A stretch of 64,000 nt of DNA, from the IMG/VR virus record IMGVR_UViG_3300032288_005579. The stretch is one strand, 5' to 3'. Source of the DNA: a virus. Below the pieces are notes generated by a model that was not told where the DNA came from, did no database searches, and saw nothing but the letters and a program-made list of their open reading frames with translations. The translations under genes and the position numbers were made by a program. Every line of letters begins with the position of its first letter. Positions within the stretch are counted from its first letter, which is position 1. Of the stretch, positions 25,824-36,317 are shown in pieces.

Positions 25824-28327
25824 AACACCTCAAAAAAGTGATCGAAAAATTGATAACAGAAGAGTCCAAAGGGCTTTGGCACAATATAAATCAGAAAAAA
25901 GAAAAAGGCGAAAAACCTGCTAGAAAAGGCTCAGAAGCTTATAAGAGTGCCGTTAAAGCCGCAAAAGAAATAAATAAAGCTACAAATGAAGAGGCGGCTA
26001 AATTCACAGACAAGCACGACGATAGTCCTAAATTGAAAGGCGATCAGAAGAAACTTCCTGATCAATTACAGGCACAAATAGTTAAAAAAGAGAATCACGA
26101 GGGCGGAGATCACGAGGTTTCCATGGCCAACAACAGTCTAAGATCTATAGTCAGCAACGCAAGTCAACTCATAGACAAAGTGGGGCAAGACGAAAAAGAC
26201 ATTCCCGCTTGGATACAGGATCACATAGCTAAGGCAGAAAATTACATAGAACAGGCCAACAGTAACTATCACGAGTACGGAGAAGAAGATCACGAAGAAT
26301 TGCCAACAGGCAACATAAAACTTATGAGCGCTCTTCAAGAGATGTACGACGAAGACGATGTTGAAGAGACACGGTTTCAAATCGGAGATATCGTTTTGGT
26401 AACTTATCCCAACCAATACAAAGGAGAACAAGGCGAAATCGTAGAACTCAGCAGAGACGGTTCGTTCCTGACATTGGAGATGCCCGATGGCAACACTGTT
26501 TCAATGCACTCTAGCGACGTAGAATTGGCAGACGACTCAGATTTTGATGACAATTTTGGCTACGACGATGAAGGTTGGGACGACGGTATTCGCGCCAGTG
26601 ACGACAAGCACCCCGGTGGTTTCCCTGGCATGACAGAGGCCAGAGACATCAATGACCCTGCTCGCATGGCCTCAGCAGCTCGTATACATGCATTCAAACA
26701 AAGACAAACACAACCAAAACAATCTCTCGCGCAATTCATGGGACAGAGAGATAATGATTTTGAAATAGAACAAGAGATAAAAGCCCTAAAGAGAGATCGC
26801 CTCCAGTTAATGAGAGACATGGAACAGGAAGCTGAACCTGAAGGCGGTCCGATAGCTGACGATTACGGAGACAGACTCAACCAAATAGATCAGCAGATAG
26901 CAGATCTTCAGGCTCAACTTATTGGTAAAAGTTTGGAAGAAGACACAATACAGGAGGCAAATGTACCTAGCAACATTTTAGAGTTCGCTAAAAGAAAGGG
27001 TGTCTCAGCTCTAGTCCAAAAAGTCGCTCGTTGGGCCGAGAAAGCCGGAAAAAGAATTGTCGGAGGTACAGCGATAGGTAAAAACTATAACGCTTTAGTG
27101 TTAGATCTAACGTATAATGGTGGTGAGATATACATAGACTGTTTCAAAAAACAAGTAAAAGTAAATGACCAATACGCAGACGATTACGAATCCTTTGTGT
27201 ACGCCTTAGATCCTAGCAACTTCGACTCAGACGATGACTATGAATATAACGACGGAATTACTGCAGACCCCGATCCACATCCAGCTGGTTTCCCCGGTAT
27301 GACAGAGAAAACCGAAATCATAAAGAAGATCGTACAAAAAGAATCAAAGATGATTCAAGAGCGACATATCGCAAAGAATCTAGTCACAATGATTTTGAAA
27401 GAAGCTGAAGAAGTAAAGAAAGCGGATAACAAAAAACCCGTAGACAATAAAAAAAGTAGTAAAGGTCTAAATGCAGATCCTGAAGTCGTAAAAAAAGCGG
27501 CTAAAAACATGCCTAAACCCGATTCTACTATAGCTGTAAAAGGATTAAAAGACTTGGCTAAGAAAGCGGGTTTGGGTGACGCCGATGTTAAAGTGAATCC
27601 TGGAAATAAAGAAGTTCCCGTGGAATTGAATGTAAAGGGTGGTAAACAAGATCTAAAAGAAGAAGGCATAACGCTAACTCTAGTTCTACTTGCACCTACA
27701 ATACTAGAATATCTAGGAAAACTCGTAAACTGGTTCACTAAAGACATAAAAGACGTTCTTAGATCTGGTTACGAAAAGGATGATTTACAGAAAATGAAAG
27801 ACGAATTACTTACGGCTCAAGAAAAATATAAAGCGGCTGATAAAGTAGATGATAGAAAAGGCGAAGAGAAATACCAAAAAGAGGTAGAACACTTAAAACA
27901 CGAGATAGATAAAATAGAGGGCAACGTAGTAGGTAATTTTCTGCAATGGTTGGGCCATCTCACTCACAGCGTATATCTGTGGCTTAGTGTAAAACCACTC
28001 GTTGAAGGATTTGGACTTATAGTGCGAAAGAGGTACGGATGGGATAAAGCACAGGGGAAATATAAAGAACAACCTAAATTTGAAACCATAGCAAGACTCG
28101 GATCAAGTAAACAGTTTAGACAATACATATCAGAGTTGATATATTGCGTATTCTGGGTGTTTGTAGCGGGTTCGCACATGTGGAAATCTCTGACTAATCC
28201 TGAGGTAGCCACAAAGATGGCAAAAGCCGTAGGAACCACTACCGAAGTAGTAGGAGAAGCTCTTAATGCTGCTAAAGGATCTAGCAGTCTTAAAGGAGCG
28301 ATAGAAGCCGCACTAAAAGCAGTTTAA
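25820..28327 (+). CDS. Mosaic putative internal head polyprotein
   Basis: 835 aa of short, distinct modules separated by ITEE, TNEE, VEET, MTEA, LEED, IQEA, LKEA and LKEE. Confidence 0.7.
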   Translation: MKHLKKVIEKLITEESKGLWHNINQKKEKGEKPARKGSEAYKSAVKAAKEINKATNEEAAKFTDKHDDSPKLKGDQKKLPDQLQAQIVKKENHEGGDHEVSMANNSLRSIVSNASQLIDKVGQDEKDIPAWIQDHIAKAENYIEQANSNYHEYGEEDHEELPTGNIKLMSALQEMYDEDDVEETRFQIGDIVLVTYPNQYKGEQGEIVELSRDGSFLTLEMPDGNTVSMHSSDVELADDSDFDDNFGYDDEGWDDGIRASDDKHPGGFPGMTEARDINDPARMASAARIHAFKQRQTQPKQSLAQFMGQRDNDFEIEQEIKALKRDRLQLMRDMEQEAEPEGGPIADDYGDRLNQIDQQIADLQAQLIGKSLEEDTIQEANVPSNILEFAKRKGVSALVQKVARWAEKAGKRIVGGTAIGKNYNALVLDLTYNGGEIYIDCFKKQVKVNDQYADDYESFVYALDPSNFDSDDDYEYNDGITADPDPHPAGFPGMTEKTEIIKKIVQKESKMIQERHIAKNLVTMILKEAEEVKKADNKKPVDNKKSSKGLNADPEVVKKAAKNMPKPDSTIAVKGLKDLAKKAGLGDADVKVNPGNKEVPVELNVKGGKQDLKEEGITLTLVLLAPTILEYLGKLVNWFTKDIKDVLRSGYEKDDLQKMKDELLTAQEKYKAADKVDDRKGEEKYQKEVEHLKHEIDKIEGNVVGNFLQWLGHLTHSVYLWLSVKPLVEGFGLIVRKRYGWDKAQGKYKEQPKFETIARLGSSKQFRQYISELIYCVFWVFVAGSHMWKSLTNPEVATKMAKAVGTTTEVVGEALNAAKGSSSLKGAIEAALKAV

Positions 28328-28328
28328 C

Positions 28329-30257
28329 ATGTCAGATCAAGATAAACACATATTAGCAAGATTGATAAAAGAGCAGGATAACGAAAATCCTGCTTTGAGT
28401 GTAAAGAGCCCATTTGAAAGGGATCCAATGGGATTCATATTGAGAAAGTATACCACTCTAAACGATGTACTAACGGAGCTCATGACATCTGGTTTTCAAG
28501 ATTACTTAAACGCGATATTCATAGTTGCGCCTAAACCCACGACATTTAAGATACTTCTTCACAATGGTCAATTCTTTTTCTTGACATTCATGGGTAAAGC
28601 GTATCAAGCCACAGTGCAAGGTACGGATTATTATTTGATGACCATAGGAGAGAAAGAGCGTTGTATGCAAGCCATCGCAAGGCTACTAAGATTTGGAAGC
28701 CCGCTGAAAAATAAAGGCCCAGAGGGAGCTGAACAAAGTACAGACTCAGGCACTTCAGATACCGGAGATACTGGAGGAGGCGGTGGAGGTGGCGAAGAGT
28801 TTAGCGGAGAAGGCGGTGGAGGTGAAGAGGGCGGAGGAGAAGGCGGAGGAGAAGGAGAAACCCTAACTGAATCAAATAAAAATTTTGGAAAACTAATACT
28901 TGAATCCCTCTTAAAAAAAAACTTAAATGAGGCCTCAGGAATGAGAGGCAGAAAAACCGGTTCTGCTTTTACAGACGGAAAAAATACGTTGACATTAGAC
29001 ACAGAGCTATACGTAAAACCAAAAGATAAGCTAACTCCCCAAGAAAAGAAAGCTTTTTTTCAAAATCCCCAATTGGCGGATAAAAGACCTAACGTAGCGT
29101 TGGTAAAATTTAAAGACGACAAAGGCAAAATTGTCATATGGGGTAAATATGTTGATACAAATGTATCGTCTGCCGTTTCTTGGAAGAGCGATGGTACAGA
29201 ATCACCGCAAGGCGAATATCAAAAATACGGATTCAGAAACATTAAAGCCGTATCAGGAATAAGTCCTTCTGAATTGATACGCACAGAGGAACCTTTGAGT
29301 TTGGAAGAGATAATAAGCACCGTCTCTAAGAATACAAAAGATACAGCGCTCGTAAATGCCTTGAAAGACTTAGCCAAAGGAAATTTGCCCACTGTGGTAG
29401 GATACGCAGATAGGTTGTCAGCGGTCAGAGACTATTTTGGAGAAATCATGGCGCCTGTCGCTCTTTTGAGCGGAAAAAACGTACAAGGCAGCAAAGAAGC
29501 AGAAAGAGACGTTTTACAGGGCAAAACATTTAAAAGCGCCAAAGCAAAGTGGCCCATGTCAAAGACCACTGGACTTTTCGATAGTTACATAGTCACTTCA
29601 GCAGGAGAATACGGAGTAAGTAGCAAAGGCGCTAAAGGCGCGCCTGCCTCCTTATTGAATCTTAATGATGGAATAAAAAAAGCTGAAGAAGATAGAGAAG
29701 ATACTACTAAATACATCGGATTTAAAAAAATAGTGGAGATCGTTAAACAATACGATTCCATAGAAGGCATATTCGAATTGGCTAAGCTATATAATCCTTA
29801 CAAAGGATACGATAAGAGCGACATTGACACTTTGAAAAAAGAGGTGATAGATTACAAAACCAAAGGAAAAACAAAGCCCGCGAACAACGCTTCAGATCTT
29901 GCTAAAAAATTGTGGAAAGAAAACAGAAGTAAATTCCAAGTAGAATCGGGAACATTTAACGTTGGCTACGCGATTCTTTCTGTGGTCGCTAAAGACGTGT
30001 GTAGAGTGATAAACGCAAAAGGCGCGTTATCAAAGAAAGGCGCCAATTTCTCAGATTCCGCTAAATACTTCATGAATAAATTGAATTTCATGCAGGTCTA
30101 TTGCGACGTTAAAAAAGACGGAGATGACGTTAAAGTCAGCTCGTTCGATATCGTTTACACGAAATCTATAACGGGCCAAGTTGTGCTTTGGGCCGACAAG
30201 AATTATTTTGCGGGAGGCCCGCCAAAAGGAAAGCTTTCTTTCAAGGTGCCTCATTAA
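28329..30257 (+). CDS. Putative head-cargo protein with a C-terminal restriction-endonuclease-like domain
   Basis: N-terminal module, Gly/Glu linker, LTES/ILES/LNEA sites, then YFGEIMAP...WP...LFDSYI...YGVSSKG. Confidence 0.55.
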   Translation: MSDQDKHILARLIKEQDNENPALSVKSPFERDPMGFILRKYTTLNDVLTELMTSGFQDYLNAIFIVAPKPTTFKILLHNGQFFFLTFMGKAYQATVQGTDYYLMTIGEKERCMQAIARLLRFGSPLKNKGPEGAEQSTDSGTSDTGDTGGGGGGGEEFSGEGGGGEEGGGEGGGEGETLTESNKNFGKLILESLLKKNLNEASGMRGRKTGSAFTDGKNTLTLDTELYVKPKDKLTPQEKKAFFQNPQLADKRPNVALVKFKDDKGKIVIWGKYVDTNVSSAVSWKSDGTESPQGEYQKYGFRNIKAVSGISPSELIRTEEPLSLEEIISTVSKNTKDTALVNALKDLAKGNLPTVVGYADRLSAVRDYFGEIMAPVALLSGKNVQGSKEAERDVLQGKTFKSAKAKWPMSKTTGLFDSYIVTSAGEYGVSSKGAKGAPASLLNLNDGIKKAEEDREDTTKYIGFKKIVEIVKQYDSIEGIFELAKLYNPYKGYDKSDIDTLKKEVIDYKTKGKTKPANNASDLAKKLWKENRSKFQVESGTFNVGYAILSVVAKDVCRVINAKGALSKKGANFSDSAKYFMNKLNFMQVYCDVKKDGDDVKVSSFDIVYTKSITGQVVLWADKNYFAGGPPKGKLSFKVPH

Positions 30258-30300
30258 GAGCCGCATCACTCGTACAATAAATTTTTTACTGTCGAGGTTT

Positions 30301-30314
30301 TTTTGTACTTTGTA
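30301..30314 (+). promoter_or_regulatory. Possible early/host-sigma promoter element TTTTGTACTTTGTA
   Basis: 8 nt before the denV ATG. Similar TGTACYYT elements precede minus-strand genes at 15868-15885 and 16444-16460. Confidence 0.3.
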
Positions 30315-30322
30315 GAAAAGTT

Positions 30323-30790
30323 ATGAACATATTCTACGTACAATCCGACCCCGTTCAAGCGGCCAAGGACCTCACAGATCAACACATACTTAAAATGGGC
30401 ATAGAGTCAGCACAGATGCTGGCCACAGCCCACTGGATGAATGGATCTTCTGCGCCCTACAAGAAAGCACACGTCAATCACCCATCAACCAAGTGGACAC
30501 GTGAGTCCATACAGCACTATCGCTGGTTAGCCAAGCATGCTAAGGCCATACTACAGGAATTCACAGCGCGTTACGGCAACGTGCACAAGACGGAACAGAT
30601 TGTGGACTGGCTCATAGACAACGAACCCAACATCGAAGACCGAGGATTCGTACCGCCTCCTCAATGTATGCCTGAGGAGTATAAAAATCCTGACACTATA
30701 GCTGCGTATCGTAACTTCTACATTAAAGACAAACTGGGAGTCAAGAAGCTTAAATATGGCAAGTGTGCCCCTCCTCCATGGATTGCGTAA
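30323..30790 (+). CDS. denV: Pyrimidine-dimer DNA glycosylase (endonuclease V family)
   Basis: MNIFYV..DP..AA..L.D.H..KM..ESAQML.TAH...HVNHPSTKW.RES..HY.WL..H...EFT.RYG..H. Confidence 0.85.
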   Translation: MNIFYVQSDPVQAAKDLTDQHILKMGIESAQMLATAHWMNGSSAPYKKAHVNHPSTKWTRESIQHYRWLAKHAKAILQEFTARYGNVHKTEQIVDWLIDNEPNIEDRGFVPPPQCMPEEYKNPDTIAAYRNFYIKDKLGVKKLKYGKCAPPPWIA

Positions 30791-30795
30791 CTTGC

Positions 30796-30803
30796 ATATT
30801 TAT
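30796..30803 (+). promoter_or_regulatory. Putative late promoter ATATTTAT
   Basis: 8 nt before the terminase ATG. Confidence 0.6.
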
Positions 30804-30811
30804 TATAGTAT

Positions 30812-32407
30812 ATGAGTGAAAACGCGCAACAGATACGTGAAAGAATAAAAGAGGAATTCGTAAAGTGTGCCTCTGATCCAACGTATTTCATGCGTAAATA
30901 CTACATGATACAACACCCCACCAGGGGTAGACAGCGCTTCGATCTGTATCCATTTCAGGAAAAAACTCTAACGCTTCTTCAAAAGAACGACTACGTAATC
31001 ATAAATAAGTCCAGACAGCTCGGAATATCCACGCTAGTGTCTGCCATATCCCTGTGGATGATGCTGTTCAATAAGGATAAGAACATCCTTGTTGTAGCCA
31101 CTACTCAGGCCACAGCAAAGAACATGGTGACGAAGGTCAGATTTGCCTACCAAAACCTTCCGACCTGGCTTAAAATAGGAGCTCAGGAAGATAACAGATT
31201 GAGCTTGAGATTGGTTAATGGATCACAAATAAAGGCAGTATCCGGTGCTGGTGATGCAACTCGATCTGAAGCCGTATCGCTCTTGATAATGGACGAAGCG
31301 GCTTTCATAGACAGGATCGACGACATATTCACAGCTGCTCAACAAACTCTTGCTACAGGTGGTCGTTGCATAGCGTTATCCACTCCAAACGGCGTAGGTA
31401 ACTGGTTTCACAAGACCTATACGAAAGCACAAAAGCGGGAAAACAACTTCCTACCCATATCGCTTCCTTGGACCGTACACCCAGAGAGGGATCAAACGTG
31501 GAGAGATCAACAGACCAAAGAATTAGGAGTAAGAAACGCGGCACAAGAGTGCGATTGCGATTTTGCCACTTCAGGAGCTACGGTAATAGATCCGGAAATC
31601 ATGACTTGGTACGAGATGAACATGATCTCAGAACCCGTAGAGCGTCGATTGATGGACAAATCCTTGTGGATTTGGGAATACGCTGATCCCATAAAGCATT
31701 ATGCCCTAGTCGCTGACGTTGCTAGGGGCGACGGAGCCGATTACTCTGCTTTTCACGTCATAGACATAGAAACCGTAACGCAAGTTGCAGAGTTTAAAGC
31801 GCAAATAGATACGCGGGAATTTGCCAACGTACTGCTTTCAGTAGCCAACGAATACAATCAAGCACTGCTAGTCGTAGAAAACGCAAACATAGGTTGGGAC
31901 GTTTTACAAACGCTCATAGAACGCGGATACACAAACATCCATTACAGCCATAGGATGGAAACAGACAGTAGTTTTGAGAAATATATAGATCGCTACGATA
32001 AGAATGCCGGTATGGTCCCAGGTTTTACCATGACTCATAAATCGAGACCGCTTGTCATAGAAAGGTTAAGAGATTTTGTGGAGAATAAAGTTTGTTCGAT
32101 AAGATCGGTTAGACTACTTGAAGAGCTTAGAGTCTTTATTTGGAAAAACGGAAAGCAACAAGCCATGCAGGGTTACAACGACGATTTAGTAATATCGTTT
32201 GCTACTGCTATGTATCTTAGAGAAACTTCTTTGAGATTTAAGAAAACCATGGACAATTTAACTGTGGCGACCTTGAACAGCTACAATAAATCGAGTACTC
32301 AACAAACTACATATTTAAATACATACACCAACCAATCTAATCCATGGCAATTGAGTTACTACACGGCTAATGGAGAACAAAAAGAGGATCTAACGTGGCT
32401 AATATAA
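30812..32407 (+). CDS. terL: Terminase large subunit (T4 gp17-like)
   Basis: INKSRQLGIST Walker A, LLIMDEAAF Walker B, LSTPNG motif, nuclease LVADVARG.GADYS and DDLV. Confidence 0.97.
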   Translation: MSENAQQIRERIKEEFVKCASDPTYFMRKYYMIQHPTRGRQRFDLYPFQEKTLTLLQKNDYVIINKSRQLGISTLVSAISLWMMLFNKDKNILVVATTQATAKNMVTKVRFAYQNLPTWLKIGAQEDNRLSLRLVNGSQIKAVSGAGDATRSEAVSLLIMDEAAFIDRIDDIFTAAQQTLATGGRCIALSTPNGVGNWFHKTYTKAQKRENNFLPISLPWTVHPERDQTWRDQQTKELGVRNAAQECDCDFATSGATVIDPEIMTWYEMNMISEPVERRLMDKSLWIWEYADPIKHYALVADVARGDGADYSAFHVIDIETVTQVAEFKAQIDTREFANVLLSVANEYNQALLVVENANIGWDVLQTLIERGYTNIHYSHRMETDSSFEKYIDRYDKNAGMVPGFTMTHKSRPLVIERLRDFVENKVCSIRSVRLLEELRVFIWKNGKQQAMQGYNDDLVISFATAMYLRETSLRFKKTMDNLTVATLNSYNKSSTQQTTYLNTYTNQSNPWQLSYYTANGEQKEDLTWLI

Positions 32408-32413
32408 TACAAA

Positions 32414-34345
32414 ATGGCAGAAAACAATAACATACAAACAAATTTATTTGGCGTTCTAAGGAGATTATTTTCTACTGACGTTATCATTCGTAACGAAGGC
32501 GGAGGAATGGTAAAGGTCTTAGACTCAGAAAGAATACAAACAAGCGGTGTACTACAACACAATAGTTTAATAGACAGGTTCAATAAAGTATACACCACGT
32601 CTACGGCGTACGGTGTTAACATGAACTTAGCGCAAAACTACCAATCTGCAAGGATACAGATATATGCAGATTACGACGCCATGGACACAGACGCCATAGT
32701 TTCATCCGCGTTAGATATCATAGCAGACGAGTGTACACTTAAGAACGAACAGGGCGAGGTGCTCCAAATAAAGTCCTCAGACGAGAATATACAAAAGTTA
32801 CTTTACAACCTATTTTACTCTGTATTGAACATAGAATTTACGCTGTGGTCGTGGATCAGAAACATGTGTAAGTACGGAGATTTTTATCTTAAACTAGAGA
32901 TCGCAGAGAAATATGGTGTCTATAACGTAATCCCGTTCTCAGCGTATAACATAGTTAGACAAGAGGGATTCAATAAAAACAATCCCGCTGAAGTCAGATT
33001 CAAGTACGATCCCAATGCATCGTTAGCCATATCTTCAGGAGCTTATTCCACAGCGTTTAACAACCAAGACGTGGGAGTTTTCTTTGAGAACTATGAAATG
33101 GCGCACTTTCGTTTGACAGGTGACGTTAACTACTTACCTTACGGTCGTTCCTATTTGGAACCTGCTCGTAAGCTGTTCAAGCAGTACGTGTTGATCGAAG
33201 ACGCGATGTTGATTCACCGTATCGTTCGTGCACCGGAGCGTCGCATATTTTATGTGAACGTTGGGGCCATTCCCCCTGGAGAAGTCGAAAACTTCATGCA
33301 ACGCATGATTTCCAAGATGAAAAAGACCCCTCTCGTAGATCCTCAGACAGGTCAGTATAATCTTAAGTATAATGTGCAAAACATGTTAGAAGATTACTTC
33401 ATACCAGTTAGAGGTAACGATCAATCCACAAAGATAGATACAGCAAAGGGATTAGAATACAACGGTATCGAAGACGTAGCTTACTTTAGGGAAAAACTTT
33501 TCGCGGCTCTTAAGATACCTAAGGCTTTCATGGGCTACGAGAAAGACTTGACGGGTAAAGCAACGCTTGCGGCTGAAGACATTAGATTTGCTAGAACTGT
33601 AGAGAGAATACAGAGAATCATAGTATCAGAACTCACAAAGATAGGTTTGATACACTTATATGCCCACGGATATACCAACGAATCCGCTGCAAATTTCACA
33701 CTATCTCTGACTAATCCATCTATCATATACGATCAAGAGAGAATTGCGCTGTTCAAAGAGAAGATCGACTTGGCGAACCAAGCAATGGAATCCAGACTTT
33801 TGCCTAAGGACTTTATTTATGACAAGATATTCCACTTCTCGGAAGATCAATACGCTGAAATGGAACAGCAAATAGTAGAAGATCAAAAGCGAATGTTCAG
33901 ATACGAACAGATAAAGGCAGAAGGCAACGATCCTGCAGAAACAGGTCAAGCGTTCGGAACTCCTCACCAGTTGGCAGGTCTATACGGAGGTAAAGGTGAT
34001 ATGACATTGGACGTTCCAACTGGATACGATGAGAACAAACCTGAAGAAGAATACGAAAGCCCAGGTCGTCCTCAAAAATATAAATCTACGAAAGGCACAG
34101 ATAAAGCAGCATTTGGTAGAGATCCTATAGGAAGAGCTGGGGTAAAGAGCAACGCAGAGACTGGGGAAGATAAAATTACTCCCGAATATAGACCCGCAGC
34201 TCTTACTTTAGAAAATACCAATCAGGAGTATCTAAAAAACAAGACACTATTGGATGCCATGAATCTTAAAATACGAAGAAAAGTGAACCTTTTCGAACAA
34301 CCAGACGTATTGAACGAGAATAACATCATAGACGATCAGGATTAA
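32414..34345 (+). CDS. Portal protein (T4 gp20-like)
   Basis: HRIVRAPERRIFYVNVG, MLEDYFIPVRG, LFAALKIPKAF and EDIRFARTVERIQ. Follows terL. Confidence 0.95.
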   Translation: MAENNNIQTNLFGVLRRLFSTDVIIRNEGGGMVKVLDSERIQTSGVLQHNSLIDRFNKVYTTSTAYGVNMNLAQNYQSARIQIYADYDAMDTDAIVSSALDIIADECTLKNEQGEVLQIKSSDENIQKLLYNLFYSVLNIEFTLWSWIRNMCKYGDFYLKLEIAEKYGVYNVIPFSAYNIVRQEGFNKNNPAEVRFKYDPNASLAISSGAYSTAFNNQDVGVFFENYEMAHFRLTGDVNYLPYGRSYLEPARKLFKQYVLIEDAMLIHRIVRAPERRIFYVNVGAIPPGEVENFMQRMISKMKKTPLVDPQTGQYNLKYNVQNMLEDYFIPVRGNDQSTKIDTAKGLEYNGIEDVAYFREKLFAALKIPKAFMGYEKDLTGKATLAAEDIRFARTVERIQRIIVSELTKIGLIHLYAHGYTNESAANFTLSLTNPSIIYDQERIALFKEKIDLANQAMESRLLPKDFIYDKIFHFSEDQYAEMEQQIVEDQKRMFRYEQIKAEGNDPAETGQAFGTPHQLAGLYGGKGDMTLDVPTGYDENKPEEEYESPGRPQKYKSTKGTDKAAFGRDPIGRAGVKSNAETGEDKITPEYRPAALTLENTNQEYLKNKTLLDAMNLKIRRKVNLFEQPDVLNENNIIDDQD

Positions 34346-34353
34346 ATATCTGT

Positions 34354-34361
34354 ATATTTAT
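34354..34361 (+). promoter_or_regulatory. Putative late promoter ATATTTAT
   Basis: Intergenic, 17 nt before the ATG at 34379. Confidence 0.6.
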
Positions 34362-34378
34362 AGTTAGATCATAACGAA

Positions 34379-35242
34379 ATGACGATAAAGCACAGCAAAT
34401 ATCGTAACACTGCTATTCTTTTTGAATTGCTAGTGAGACAAACAACAGCAGATCTGTTGCAAAACAGAGACTCCAGGGCGGTGAAGATACTGAGAAAACA
34501 CTTCACGAACACAGAATTGGGTAAAGAATACGCCCTTTACACTTCCTTTAATACTATAGGAAGATTATCAGAATCAAAAGCCGAGATGTTTATCAACACT
34601 GTGTTGGAGCAAAGGAAGAAACTTAACGAAGATAGGCTTAAAAAAGAGAAATTTAACCTCATAAAGGAAATAAAGAACGTTTATGATATAGACGACTTCT
34701 TTAAAGCTAAGATAGACAACTATAAGACTTACGCCTCTGTATATACGCTCTTTGAATCCCAGAATAACAAGGCTTTTGTTGATAGTAAACAACTACTATT
34801 AAACAAAATAAACATAGTTGAACACATCGTCGGAGAAAATGCGAGCCAAAAACCGGCTTCTGCTACACTAGTGGAAGAATTCATGAAGGAAGACAAAGAG
34901 GTTCGTTTGTTGGCTTATAAACTTTTGGTTGAGAAGTTCAACGAAAAGTACTCGGATCTTTCAAAGAAACAAAAAGCTGTTTTAAAGGAGTACATAAACA
35001 ACATATCTGAAACCGAGAATCTCAAAGAGTTCATGAATAGAACCATAAAAGAGATAAAGTCTGAGCTCAGTAACATAAGCACCAAGATAAAAGATCCGGT
35101 GGTCAAGATAAAGCTTAACGAAACTATTAAGTTGTTGCATCCTATAAACAACAATCAGTTCGTTAAAGACGAAATAATAACAAGCGTTTTGCAATACTTG
35201 GATCTAATAGACGAGTTAAAACGTGTCTCTAATGAAAAATAA
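34379..35242 (+). CDS. Helical head-morphogenesis hypothetical protein
   Basis: 287 aa, IKHSKYRNTAILFELLVRQ..., located between portal and protease. Confidence 0.7.
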   Translation: MTIKHSKYRNTAILFELLVRQTTADLLQNRDSRAVKILRKHFTNTELGKEYALYTSFNTIGRLSESKAEMFINTVLEQRKKLNEDRLKKEKFNLIKEIKNVYDIDDFFKAKIDNYKTYASVYTLFESQNNKAFVDSKQLLLNKINIVEHIVGENASQKPASATLVEEFMKEDKEVRLLAYKLLVEKFNEKYSDLSKKQKAVLKEYINNISETENLKEFMNRTIKEIKSELSNISTKIKDPVVKIKLNETIKLLHPINNNQFVKDEIITSVLQYLDLIDELKRVSNEK

Positions 35243-36305
35243 AAATAGTGACTTTAACGTCCAATTTGCCACTCAGAGGCTTCGTGAAAATGTTACGACC
35301 ACTGGAGGAGCAACAGCTACCGCCGGAACTGGCGAACAGTATTTTGCTAGGGGCAAAAAGATCAGAGAGACAATAAAGAAAGTAGATGGAAAATACGCTG
35401 TTTATCCCGAAAAGGGAGGAAGTAGATTGGGCACTCACGATACAAAAGAGAAAGCGCAAAAGCAACTAGCCGCAATAGAGATCAGCAAACAAAAGCACGA
35501 GGCTAAAGAACGCGGTACTGGAAAAGGCTTCATATATAAGGATCTTTGGGAGATGTTCACCGAAGAGGATGCGGATTTTAAAGAGGGAGACTCAGTAAAG
35601 ATACAAAAGAAAGGAAGTCCTCAAGACGGGAAGATAGGTAAGATAGTTTCCATCACAGAACCCGGTGCTTACAACATAGATTTCAACGGAAAGGTATACA
35701 CATTTCAAGAAACGGATTTTATCATCGACAAAAGCGCAGAAGATCAACCTGAAGAAACAGGAGAAAAGGGCGGAGAAGAAACTGCTGAAGAACCCGTTAG
35801 CGAGGGTTTAGGCACGCCTGGAATGAACGTAGGTACTGTTGGTCTGGGAGGTGGAAGAAAAGGTATCTATTTCATAACTGATAAGGGAAAATTTGTATAC
35901 GAACCCAATCCGTTAGAATACGAGGCCTTCGAAATATCAGGCAATAAGGTTCGAATGTTGTTAGCAAAATCATGGTTTCCTAAAGCGCAACCTTGGGAGG
36001 AAAAACCGAATCCGATGGCATCGCTCGGTCAGGGTAAAGGTCACCACATTGACGAGGAGTTGAACGAAAACTATTCGCGCTTTAAGAAAGAGACTAAGAC
36101 ACGCACCAACGAGCAACAGTTGCACGCGGCAATGAGACTCGCTGAGAAAAAGATACACGAGGCCAACAGGATCCTAGAGTACACTTCGCAATTGCGCGGT
36201 GAACTCAACGAGACCAAAGTAAATAAGAACATTAAAAGGATAATGGAAAAAATCACCATCGGTATCGCAGAAGCTTACAGTAAAATGAAACAAATCAAAA
36301 GATAA
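35223..36305 (+). CDS. Modular putative internal head protein
   Basis: Modules, including a KOW-like FKEGDSVKIQKKG...GKIGKIV, separated by LREN, IRET, FTEE, VSEG and LNEN. Confidence 0.7.
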   Translation: MSLMKNKNSDFNVQFATQRLRENVTTTGGATATAGTGEQYFARGKKIRETIKKVDGKYAVYPEKGGSRLGTHDTKEKAQKQLAAIEISKQKHEAKERGTGKGFIYKDLWEMFTEEDADFKEGDSVKIQKKGSPQDGKIGKIVSITEPGAYNIDFNGKVYTFQETDFIIDKSAEDQPEETGEKGGEETAEEPVSEGLGTPGMNVGTVGLGGGRKGIYFITDKGKFVYEPNPLEYEAFEISGNKVRMLLAKSWFPKAQPWEEKPNPMASLGQGKGHHIDEELNENYSRFKKETKTRTNEQQLHAAMRLAEKKIHEANRILEYTSQLRGELNETKVNKNIKRIMEKITIGIAEAYSKMKQIKR

Positions 36306-36317
36306 AATTATAAAATT

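Noticed and set aside
28780-28860. GGA/GGC/GAA simple-sequence tract (also 39040-39125)
   Set aside because: It encodes Gly/Glu linkers in frame, with no sign of a phase-variable tract.
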